Part shown: positions 18,095 to 26,658 of the stretch, piece by piece | How the letters are laid out: the number at the start of each line of letters is the position of its first letter | Numbering within the stretch: the first letter of the stretch is position 1 | Assembly: GCA_964373955.1 (NCBI GenBank) | Contig: CAYJXA010000002.1 | Location: forward strand, 5,113-69,112 | Length of the DNA stretch: 64,000 bases | DNA from: an uncultured Methanosarcinales archaeon | GTDB lineage: Archaea > Nanobdellota > Nanobdellia > Woesearchaeales > GW2011-AR9 | Direction: 5' to 3' | The notes under the pieces: model-generated | What the model saw: only the letters and a program-made list of their open reading frames with translations | Told to the model about the DNA's origin: nothing | Database searches by the model: none | Made by a program: the position numbers and the translations under genes

Positions 18095-19237
18095 ATGTCA
18101 CAAAAATTTCAATTTACCATCATTCATCGAGATAAGCACACCAAAGCACGCACTGGAATTCTTAATACTCCCCATGGGGAAATTCATACTCCCGCTTTCA
18201 TTCCCGTTGCTACTCAAGCAGCGATCAAAGGACTTTCCCCTGCACAGATGCAAGAAATTGGTTTTGATGCACTCTTATGCAATACGTATCATCTCTATCT
18301 CCGTCCAGGTGAGAAAATAGTAAAAAAGCTGGGTGAACTACATTCTTTCATGGGATGGAAGAAGCCCATCTTTACTGATTCGGGCGGATTTCAGGTATTC
18401 AGCCTGAATGAGGGTATGTGTACAGTTAATGATGATTGTGTTGAATTTAAGTCCCATATTGACCAATCAAAACATATTTTTACCTCGGAGAAATCAATGC
18501 AGATTCAGCGTGCTTTGGGAGCAGATATTATCTTTGCCTTTGATGAATGTTTGGATATTAATGCCGATTACGAAACGACCAAGAAATCTTTATCCCGAAC
18601 ACACGCATGGGCTCTCCGCAGTTTGAAGGCGTTTACTGCCTTAAACAAAGATAAAAAGCAGGCTTTGTATGGGATTGTGCAAGGGGGAAGGTTTAAAGAT
18701 TTGCGGGAAGAGAGTGCAAAATTCATTGCGTCGCTTCCCTTTGATGGCATTGGCATTGGCAGTGTTTTTGGTGACCCTAAAGATGAAAGTCAAAAACTTA
18801 TCCAGCATACGATGAAATTTCTCCCGGAAGAAAAAGCCAAGCATCTGCTGGGGATAGGGGGAGTGGACGATTTATTTGCCTATGTTGAGATGGGGCTGGA
18901 TACCTTTGATTGTGTCCTGCCTACAAGATTGGCCCGGGTGGGGTACATCTTTATTCATCCTGAGTCCGGAGGAAAAATAAGCAATAAATTTCGCTATCGG
19001 ATTTTGAATTCCAAATTCAAAGAAGACAAACGTCCTTTAGATATAAATTGCCAATGTTATACTTGCACCAATTTTTCTCGTGCTTACCTCCGCCATTTGT
19101 TTAAAGCAGAAGAATTGTTGGCGTATACATTAGCTACGTATCATAACTTATGGTTCTTTCGGAAATTGATGGAAGAGATAAGGGAGAGTATTGAGAAGGA
19201 TGAGTTCAAGAAGTTAAAGAAGAAGTGGGTACGATAG
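18095..19237 (+). CDS. tgt: tRNA-guanine transglycosylase, bacterial-type length (380 aa)
   Basis: DSGGFQVFSL, GIGSVFG and the zinc site CQCYTCTNFSRAYLRHL. Confidence 0.9.
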   Translation: MSQKFQFTIIHRDKHTKARTGILNTPHGEIHTPAFIPVATQAAIKGLSPAQMQEIGFDALLCNTYHLYLRPGEKIVKKLGELHSFMGWKKPIFTDSGGFQVFSLNEGMCTVNDDCVEFKSHIDQSKHIFTSEKSMQIQRALGADIIFAFDECLDINADYETTKKSLSRTHAWALRSLKAFTALNKDKKQALYGIVQGGRFKDLREESAKFIASLPFDGIGIGSVFGDPKDESQKLIQHTMKFLPEEKAKHLLGIGGVDDLFAYVEMGLDTFDCVLPTRLARVGYIFIHPESGGKISNKFRYRILNSKFKEDKRPLDINCQCYTCTNFSRAYLRHLFKAEELLAYTLATYHNLWFFRKLMEEIRESIEKDEFKKLKKKWVR

Positions 19238-19316
19238 CATCAGGAAAAGAGAAGGGTGCTATTCCTAAGTAGCAATTAAATATATTTAAATAGTTCTGGT
19301 GTTAGGAATCTATGTT

Positions 19317-21011
19317 ATGAAGACCAAAGTCGTGCATTACATTCCTACGGGAGGAACCATTGGTAGTGCTACAAAAGGTGATGGCGCGCGGGACGTAGAC
19401 CCATCAGCACAGGGAAGAATTCTGGAATTATTACAACGAATCCCTCATGTTCGCTATTCCCCCGTCCAAGTTCAAATGCGTGGTGATAGTTCTGCCCATC
19501 CACGAGTACATCTCTTAGATCTAGTAGGAAAGGCTTTGGATCATGCTAATAGTGGCGAGGGGATGATTGTTTCTTATGGCACTGATACCATGAACTTAGC
19601 AACGAGTACTATTGCCTTGGCAGGTAATGAAGTATGGCGATATCCCGTTGTAGCCTTAGGTTCAATTAAAGGTCCAGAGAAAAAGAATTCTGATGCTCCA
19701 TACAACACTATCACCGCTGGCTTCTTTGCAGCATACGGAAATGGCTCCGGTGTTTTTGCAGTGAGGCCAAATGGAGTTATAATCACCAGCAGGCACGACA
19801 CCCCTGGCGGATCAGTTGATTGGCATGGGAGGGGCATACCTCAAGCAGAAAAAGCCTTTTTTGCTCGGGTAGCTTTGGATAAATTGATTGATCAGGATTG
19901 TAATATTACTTTTGATTTCCGAAGAAGGAAACACCGTAACCTGCGGGCAGAATTAGAGCAGTTGATAGAATATCAACGACAAGTAGAAGATGGTACCCTT
20001 GATTCCCCTGACGAAGTTGTGGTGGGAGGAAGGGGCAGGCTTCCCAACCTTAGCATCCTTGGCTTAGGGATGAGTAAGATTACAAACTTCAAAAGAAGGC
20101 CCACTGATGACACTGTCGAAAGAGTTTTAATTGACATGAATGCTTTAGTAGGGGAACAAAAGCTTCATGGACGTTTGGTAGGGAAGGTAATTCAGCAGGT
20201 GGCATTACTTGAACATGTACGACGGCATAAAGAGAAAGAGAGTCATCTCTCTGATTCTGCACGACTTGCGGAAAAATGGGAAAGTGTAATGGAGCAATTT
20301 TTCCGGTCTTTGTTAGGAAATAAAGGATACTTTTCTTACGAAATAACCCGATTTTGGAAAAAATATTCCGGAATACGAAACGACCAGATGGATTTCACAG
20401 GAATAGTAAGCTTTGATGTCTCTTCCGATCCGGAGTTGCTTTATCGCGCTTTTCAAACGGTTCCACCACGAGGATTAATATTGAAAGCAACGGGCGCTTC
20501 CGGCATGCGCCTTCGCGATGATTTTGGAGAAAGTTATCGGCCCCTTCTTACCTACTGTCGTGACGGTGGAATTCCCGTAGTTCTTACTTCCAGCTCCCGG
20601 GGAGAAGTTACGTCCTTTGAGTATGGCCCAGGTTTAGAGCTACTTGAACAGGATTTATGCTTCTTTGCCGGAACCATGGATTCAGACTTAGTCCAGCCGA
20701 GGATGGCTTTGCTTAATTCTGCCGAGAATAGAACCTTCCTCGGTCAACTAGTAGATAAATTAGATGTTGCAGATTCAGTAAAAACACAGGTAAGGAGAAA
20801 TATTTATCGTCAGCTCTTGTCCGGCAGCCATTATCGTCGCCATGAGGGAGAGGGCCAATCAGATAGGAAAAGAGTGGAATCATTATATCAAATAGAAACC
20901 AGGGTGGACTTGTTAACTGGGATACATGTCCGTAAAGCAGTATTGGCTTCGTATCTTCATGAAATTTCTCAGCGCAAATTAAATCTTCCTGAAGGAATTG
21001 AAACAATTTAA
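19317..21011 (+). CDS. L-asparaginase/GatD-family protein with a large internal insertion
   Basis: IPTGGTIGS and YGTDTM asparaginase motifs at the N-terminus. A C-terminal lobe-like region (ATGASGMRL...GIPVVLTSSSRGEV) is separated from them by about 180 aa of unrecognised sequence. The ORF track starts at GTG 19299. Confidence 0.55.
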   Translation: MKTKVVHYIPTGGTIGSATKGDGARDVDPSAQGRILELLQRIPHVRYSPVQVQMRGDSSAHPRVHLLDLVGKALDHANSGEGMIVSYGTDTMNLATSTIALAGNEVWRYPVVALGSIKGPEKKNSDAPYNTITAGFFAAYGNGSGVFAVRPNGVIITSRHDTPGGSVDWHGRGIPQAEKAFFARVALDKLIDQDCNITFDFRRRKHRNLRAELEQLIEYQRQVEDGTLDSPDEVVVGGRGRLPNLSILGLGMSKITNFKRRPTDDTVERVLIDMNALVGEQKLHGRLVGKVIQQVALLEHVRRHKEKESHLSDSARLAEKWESVMEQFFRSLLGNKGYFSYEITRFWKKYSGIRNDQMDFTGIVSFDVSSDPELLYRAFQTVPPRGLILKATGASGMRLRDDFGESYRPLLTYCRDGGIPVVLTSSSRGEVTSFEYGPGLELLEQDLCFFAGTMDSDLVQPRMALLNSAENRTFLGQLVDKLDVADSVKTQVRRNIYRQLLSGSHYRRHEGEGQSDRKRVESLYQIETRVDLLTGIHVRKAVLASYLHEISQRKLNLPEGIETI

Positions 21012-21170
21012 AGATGATTACTCTCGAGAAATCATCTTTAATCTCGCTTTCCTGCCCTGTACTAACTCCTATTCTCTAGTGCAACCTGCCTATTCTATTA
21101 TAATAATCTATTTAAACTAACTAGTCTCCTCTATCCCCTACCAGTATACACAATAGTATCCCTCCTGCCC

Positions 21171-23084
21171 ATGATAACCTTTATCGAAGATTTTGGGGTA
21201 CTTCTCCTTATAATTGTGGGTGTATCCTTTCTAGTGAAATTGATAAAGCAACCCATTATTGTAGGATACGTCCTCTCGGGGCTCTTATTCTCCTACATCT
21301 TGGGTTCACAAATCGGAAGCGGGGAACTGATTATTGTTATGTCAGAGCTAGGGATCACTTTTCTATTATTTTTAATGGGTTTAGAATTCGATCTAGGCAG
21401 CCTTCGATATTTGGGAAAAGATATTATTCTCTCGATTATCCCCCAGTCAGTTATTTTCTTTCTTCTCCCTTTCATCCTTTCAGGATTTTTTGGATTTACG
21501 TTTATTGAACGAATTTATCTTTCCCTCCTCTTCATGTTTAGCAGCACTCTACTCGTAGCAAAATGGTTAGAGGATACGAAAGAAACAACTACTTTACATG
21601 GGAAACTTATCCTTGGCACGCTCATTTTACAGGACGTTTTGGCTATACTTGCTCTCACTTTGCTAGCCGTAAGCAGGGAAGCATCAAAAGTTGAGCTGAT
21701 TACGTCTCCTCTTAAAGGGATAGTTCTCATAATTATCGCATTTATCTTAGCAAAGTATATCCTTAACCGAATCTTAAAATTCTCGAGCAGGTATCCAGAA
21801 TTGCTATTCATAATGAGTTTGGGTGTATGTTTTCTTTTTGTTACCATTGCTCCGTACTTCGGGTATTCAACCACCATTGGCGCTTTTATTGGAGGAATAA
21901 CTCTTGCGAATACTATCTATAAAAATGAAGTTTCCGGAAGGTTACGTCCATTAATTGTTTTTTTTAACATGCTCTTTTTTGTAGGTTTAGGGTTTCAGAT
22001 GAACTTAAATTTGGGACTTGATCACATCATTCTCATAGGCCTATTGTTACTGATGACTTTACTTATCAAGCCACTGGTTATTTATTGCACACTCCGCCTT
22101 CGTAACTATGATATAAAAACTTCTTTTATTACTGGACTCCATTTGGCTCAGCTCAGCGAATTTGGGATAATTATTATTGCTGGTGGAACTATTACGGGGA
22201 CTTTGGATCCGGATATTGGATCAATTGCCATTATTCTCGTTATCCTCACTATGATTATTTCTTCTTATTTCATCAAATATGATGACCGCATATTCAAATT
22301 CTGCGAACCTTATTTACGAAGGGTGGATAGGAAAGCATTTTCAGTTAAAGAAGTGAGGCCTCCCACATTGGATCCAGGATACAATATGCTTTTTTTTGGG
22401 TATTACGATCTAGGATCGGACTTGTATAATCGTATTAAAGAAATGGGGAAAAAGATAATGGTAATTGAAAATGATCCTGAGAATATTGGGATGTTAAAGC
22501 GAGAAGGAATCCCCCATATTTATAATTCTGTGAACAATCCAGACTTTTTTGAAAATTTAAACCTTCAGAATATTGAATTAGCGGTTTCCAGTTTGGCTAG
22601 TGTTGATGATAACAAATCCATCATCCATACTATCAAGAAAGCAAATCCAAACTCCGTGGTTATCGTGACTGCTAAAAACTTAAAAGAGTCGCTGGAATTA
22701 TACAATCATCACGCTGATTATGTGCTTTATCCCTCTTATTTGAACCATCGGCATGTATCGGTCTTACTGGAAGATTATACTACTGACATCAAAAGAGTCT
22801 TGGCAAAGAAAATCGAGGATGTGGCTAAGTTTAAACAGATTGAGCAGAAGCGGAGGGAAGTAAATAAAGAAATAAATAAGTTAGTTGATATTGATTCTTT
22901 TTTTACACTCATCACTGAAAAGCAGAAAAAATTAAGAAAAGGCATCAAAGAAAAACGTTTAAGTAAAGAAGCATATCGGGAATTAAGCAAGTTATGGGAT
23001 ATTGACAGTTTCTTCCATCGACTATCTAACCGAGAAAAAGAAAGAGGTGAAGATTATGATAGAAAGTTGGAGCTGAAGAAGTAA
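21171..23084 (+). CDS. Kef-type (CPA2) cation:proton antiporter with RCK/TrkA-N domain
   Basis: A 12-13 TM Na/H-exchanger-like N-terminal half and an RCK-like MLFFGYYDLGSDL...VIENDPEN region. The C-terminal tail carries a tandem DIDSFF repeat. Confidence 0.85.
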   Translation: MITFIEDFGVLLLIIVGVSFLVKLIKQPIIVGYVLSGLLFSYILGSQIGSGELIIVMSELGITFLLFLMGLEFDLGSLRYLGKDIILSIIPQSVIFFLLPFILSGFFGFTFIERIYLSLLFMFSSTLLVAKWLEDTKETTTLHGKLILGTLILQDVLAILALTLLAVSREASKVELITSPLKGIVLIIIAFILAKYILNRILKFSSRYPELLFIMSLGVCFLFVTIAPYFGYSTTIGAFIGGITLANTIYKNEVSGRLRPLIVFFNMLFFVGLGFQMNLNLGLDHIILIGLLLLMTLLIKPLVIYCTLRLRNYDIKTSFITGLHLAQLSEFGIIIIAGGTITGTLDPDIGSIAIILVILTMIISSYFIKYDDRIFKFCEPYLRRVDRKAFSVKEVRPPTLDPGYNMLFFGYYDLGSDLYNRIKEMGKKIMVIENDPENIGMLKREGIPHIYNSVNNPDFFENLNLQNIELAVSSLASVDDNKSIIHTIKKANPNSVVIVTAKNLKESLELYNHHADYVLYPSYLNHRHVSVLLEDYTTDIKRVLAKKIEDVAKFKQIEQKRREVNKEINKLVDIDSFFTLITEKQKKLRKGIKEKRLSKEAYRELSKLWDIDSFFHRLSNREKERGEDYDRKLELKK

Positions 23085-23141
23085 ATTTATTGAGCTCTTG
23101 ATAATCCAAGCTTTTCTATGCTTCATCGAGAAATCATCTAT

Positions 23142-24461
23142 TCATCTATAATACTTCCTTACTTTCTCCGTAAATCCAGTTACCTGAGCAGCATTTTTTC
23201 CCGGGAACACTTCCATCTTTAGTTCTCTGGGCTTGGTCATTTGCACCAGCAGAGTGCCCAGCACTTCGTTCGTATTTTCAGTTATCAACGCCTTGCCTTG
23301 TGAAGCGAATCCTCTTTCCACAGTGATGTCTTTCAATTTTACTAATTCGTATTTCACTGAACCTGTCGCAACAGTTATCTGTTCAGGAAAGGAGACGTAC
23401 CCTTTTACTCCATACGGTCCTTGGTCTCCTAGGCCGGCGTCATAGCCAATACTTACGCGAATATTATTGAGAGGTTGAACAAAATCGTAGACAAAAGCCA
23501 GATGTCCGCTCCAATAGGGGCAGATATAATCACCACAAAATGGTTGAGTTTTGTCTCCAGCATAATCTGTTCCCTCCAAAAACCAGTTTCCAGCTAAGGT
23601 TCCATCAACATCAAAATCGATTTTGCCTCCCCGAGGTTCTTTCGTTCTCGGGTTCTTCAGCATCAATTGCTTTTGTAATGGTTCGATGAAGTAGGTAAAT
23701 GCAGGAACGGCATGCACTTTCCAGGGCTCTCCTGCATAGAGTTGGGGAGTGATAAAGCCAGTTAAATTTTTTGTCGTGTCAACGGTAAGCATTCCTAGTA
23801 ATCCCCATTTCTCGGTTTTACCGATAACTTGACCCGCTCGGATAGGAATCCGAACCAGAATATTTCGGTTATCCTCAGGCACTTCGGTAAATCCATCCAG
23901 TTCCCGTAATTTATTGTCTGCCTGCAATAATTCCGGTGCTATTTCAGTAACATGGACGTAACTTCCAAACAGGGTGCAGGAATATTCAACGTAGAGATGG
24001 TAGTTTTTCGTGCCTATTCCAAAATACCCCGGATTTCGTTCTACTCGTACCAGGTAGCCATCTGCTAACGCATATACACTTGTCGCTGGTGCTTCTTTAT
24101 CATACTGAAAGCCAACATGATCTCCTGGAGTTATATGTCCGGAAACAAAACCAGTTAGTTCTCCTTGCGGTTCAACAACGGTAATTGTCGCAAGATCCAA
24201 GGGAGGAAAAGTAAACGTAACACTCTCTTTCTCTTCACATCCTTCTAAAGGTGTAAAGAGAGGTGAAAAAGAATACCGCTTATTTTCTTGTTCGTGGTTT
24301 TCAATATCACTCTCTTGCTCTTCAACTGCCATGGGGATAACTGCTGATTCATTCTCCCGTGGAGGAGCAAATTCTTGCGATGGGCTTTCAACAGGTGAAC
24401 ATCCCTGTATTAAGATGACTGTAAAGAAGAACAATATCATTAATTTATGTCTCACGGGCAT
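23142..24461 (-). CDS. secreted lipoprotein-like hypothetical protein
   Basis: MILFFFTVILIQGCSP is a lipobox-like signal. No catalytic motif was recognised with confidence. Confidence 0.5.
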   Translation of the reverse strand: MPVRHKLMILFFFTVILIQGCSPVESPSQEFAPPRENESAVIPMAVEEQESDIENHEQENKRYSFSPLFTPLEGCEEKESVTFTFPPLDLATITVVEPQGELTGFVSGHITPGDHVGFQYDKEAPATSVYALADGYLVRVERNPGYFGIGTKNYHLYVEYSCTLFGSYVHVTEIAPELLQADNKLRELDGFTEVPEDNRNILVRIPIRAGQVIGKTEKWGLLGMLTVDTTKNLTGFITPQLYAGEPWKVHAVPAFTYFIEPLQKQLMLKNPRTKEPRGGKIDFDVDGTLAGNWFLEGTDYAGDKTQPFCGDYICPYWSGHLAFVYDFVQPLNNIRVSIGYDAGLGDQGPYGVKGYVSFPEQITVATGSVKYELVKLKDITVERGFASQGKALITENTNEVLGTLLVQMTKPRELKMEVFPGKNAAQVTGFTEKVRKYYR

Positions 24462-25428
24462 ACACCTCTGGATTTACTATCATCTTTGGTTTTTTGCCTT
24501 GCAAGACCGCTAGTATATTCTCCGCTGCATCCAAAGACATTTCTGACCTAGCCTCAATCGTTGCGGAGGCAATATGGGGAGTAAGAACAACGTTAGACAG
24601 CCCGGTTAATCCAGGAGCTAGTTTTGGTTCGAACTCATACACATCAATCCCTGCTCCGGCAATCTGCTTTTTCTTTAACGCTTGCACCAATGCTTTCTCA
24701 TCCACCACTGGGCCACGAGAAGTGTTAATAAGATAGGCACTCTTCTTCATCAGGGCTAATTCTTTCTTTCCAATTAGATGATGTGTTGTTGGCAATAAAG
24801 GCACGTGGAGAGAAACAACATCTGAACTCTTCAGCAAATCCGGTAGGGAAAGGTACTGCGCTTTAAATTCTGATTCAAATCCGGCATTTCGTTTGATATC
24901 AGTATATACTACTTTCATCCCCATGGCTTTAGCTCTCTTTGCAACTCCTGATCCGATTCTTCCTAATCCTACGATGCCGATAGTTTTCCCCACCAATTCC
25001 ATCCCTAATAATAATAGGGGTTCCCATCGTTGATATTTACCTTTCCTCACGAATTGGTCTGCTTCGCAGATTCGTTTAGTAATCGCAAACAGTAAGGCAA
25101 TAGTATGTTCCGCAACTGCCTCCACGATTGCTCTGCCCGGAGTATTAGTCACGGGAATACCTCTCTTGGTTGCATATGCTACATCGATATTATTAAACCC
25201 GATGGCGTAATTAGAAATGATTTTTAATTTTGGATTAACGTTAATAACTTCTTTATCTATAGTATCAGTAAGCAGGCAAAGAAGAGCATCACACTGCTTG
25301 ACTTCCCGGATCAATTCTCTTTTAGGGATAATTTGATCGTAAGGATAAATCTTCACCCGGCAGTGCTTCTGGAGCAGCTGTATGCCTTTCTCGGCAATTT
25401 TTCGGGTTACAAATACTCTCGGTTTCAC
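24445..25428 (-). CDS. D-2-hydroxyacid dehydrogenase (glyoxylate/hydroxypyruvate reductase family)
   Basis: GIVGLGRIGSGVAKRA NAD-binding motif, NTSRGPVVDE and TPHIASAT. Confidence 0.9.
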   Translation of the reverse strand: MKPRVFVTRKIAEKGIQLLQKHCRVKIYPYDQIIPKRELIREVKQCDALLCLLTDTIDKEVINVNPKLKIISNYAIGFNNIDVAYATKRGIPVTNTPGRAIVEAVAEHTIALLFAITKRICEADQFVRKGKYQRWEPLLLLGMELVGKTIGIVGLGRIGSGVAKRAKAMGMKVVYTDIKRNAGFESEFKAQYLSLPDLLKSSDVVSLHVPLLPTTHHLIGKKELALMKKSAYLINTSRGPVVDEKALVQALKKKQIAGAGIDVYEFEPKLAPGLTGLSNVVLTPHIASATIEARSEMSLDAAENILAVLQGKKPKMIVNPEVYARET

Positions 25429-25467
25429 GAAAGGAAAGAAAGAACCAAGATATTTAAATGTTGTTGA

Positions 25468-26067
25468 CTATTTCTGAAGCAGTACGTTTGGCAAGTCTGC
25501 CGGTGATTTCAGTAAAAACGTTCTAAACCCTGCTCTCTTAGGAATGGTCCCATCTTCTTGAGGATGATCTCCGATAACGATGCACTCTTCTGGTTTGAGT
25601 TTTTGTAGTAGTAGTAATTTCTTCCAGTATTGTACTTTATCTTTAGTGCATCCCGCATCTTCTGGCGTAAACACAAAATCCACAAACCGATGTAATTCGT
25701 ATCGCTGGAGGTATAATTCAATGGTCTTCTTCATGGAATTGGAAACAATCCCCACTTTTTTTCGGTGCGCTTTTAATTCTTGAAAAAGAGCAATGCTTTG
25801 GACGTGGAGAACTGGGATGATGGAGATATGCTCCCGCAGGATACGGTAGTACTCTTCCAGTAGCCCTAAGTGTCGGCATAATTCACCGCTATCCCAGCGT
25901 CCGAACTTATTTTTCTTCAATCCGAATTGGCGAGCTTTCTGATCAATTTCTGGTTGCTTTAATCTCCTCTTATTCTCAATCATTTCTAAGACGAGGGGGT
26001 AGATCTCAGCGTAGATGGTGGTACTGATAATAGTATCATCAAAATCAAACAAATATACGTTGAACAT
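25468..26067 (-). CDS. HAD superfamily hydrolase
   Basis: Motif I LFDFDDTI, VSNS, and the C-terminal IGDHPQED. Confidence 0.75.
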   Translation of the reverse strand: MFNVYLFDFDDTIISTTIYAEIYPLVLEMIENKRRLKQPEIDQKARQFGLKKNKFGRWDSGELCRHLGLLEEYYRILREHISIIPVLHVQSIALFQELKAHRKKVGIVSNSMKKTIELYLQRYELHRFVDFVFTPEDAGCTKDKVQYWKKLLLLQKLKPEECIVIGDHPQEDGTIPKRAGFRTFLLKSPADLPNVLLQK

Positions 26068-26160
26068 TTGATAATAATAAGACTGAGAAATATTTAAACC
26101 TTGGCCTAACCTTTATATAACAGCGGCATCACCCTATTCATAAAACGGAGGTAGAACATC

Positions 26161-26565
26161 ATGAGTTATTTTGAAACGAAATATGGAGATTATCTTTATG
26201 TGATCTTTCGGATAGGTATCGGCGCACTATTTCTCTTGTTTGGTGTGCAAAAATTATTTGGATTATGGGGTATGCCCGGTGGTCCAGCAGCTTTTGGAAC
26301 TTTAATTTGGTATGCTGGTGCAGCTGAATTATTGATTGGGGTAGCTTTGGTTTTAGGGGTATTAACACGCTTAGCTTCCTTTTTTGGGGTTGTTCAGATG
26401 ATTGTAGCCTACTACCTAGGGCATGTTTCCGTTGGCGGATGGAATCCAGCAGTAAATATGGGGGCTCCTGCTCTCTTGTTCCTGCTTGCATTCTTAATCA
26501 CCTTTGTGTATGGTGCGGGTAAAGCCTGTTTGGAACGAGTTGTCTTTAAAAAAGAACTCTTCTGA
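26161..26565 (+). CDS. DoxX family membrane protein
   Basis: 4-TM protein with RIGIGALFLLFGVQKLFG, typical of DoxX. Confidence 0.75.
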   Translation: MSYFETKYGDYLYVIFRIGIGALFLLFGVQKLFGLWGMPGGPAAFGTLIWYAGAAELLIGVALVLGVLTRLASFFGVVQMIVAYYLGHVSVGGWNPAVNMGAPALLFLLAFLITFVYGAGKACLERVVFKKELF

Positions 26566-26658
26566 ACTTATTCCTTTTTTCTATCTTTTTGACTTTAGCG
26601 TATCACTTCCTTGAACTCAGGAACAAAGATATATAAAACGTGAAATTTTTACAGAGGT

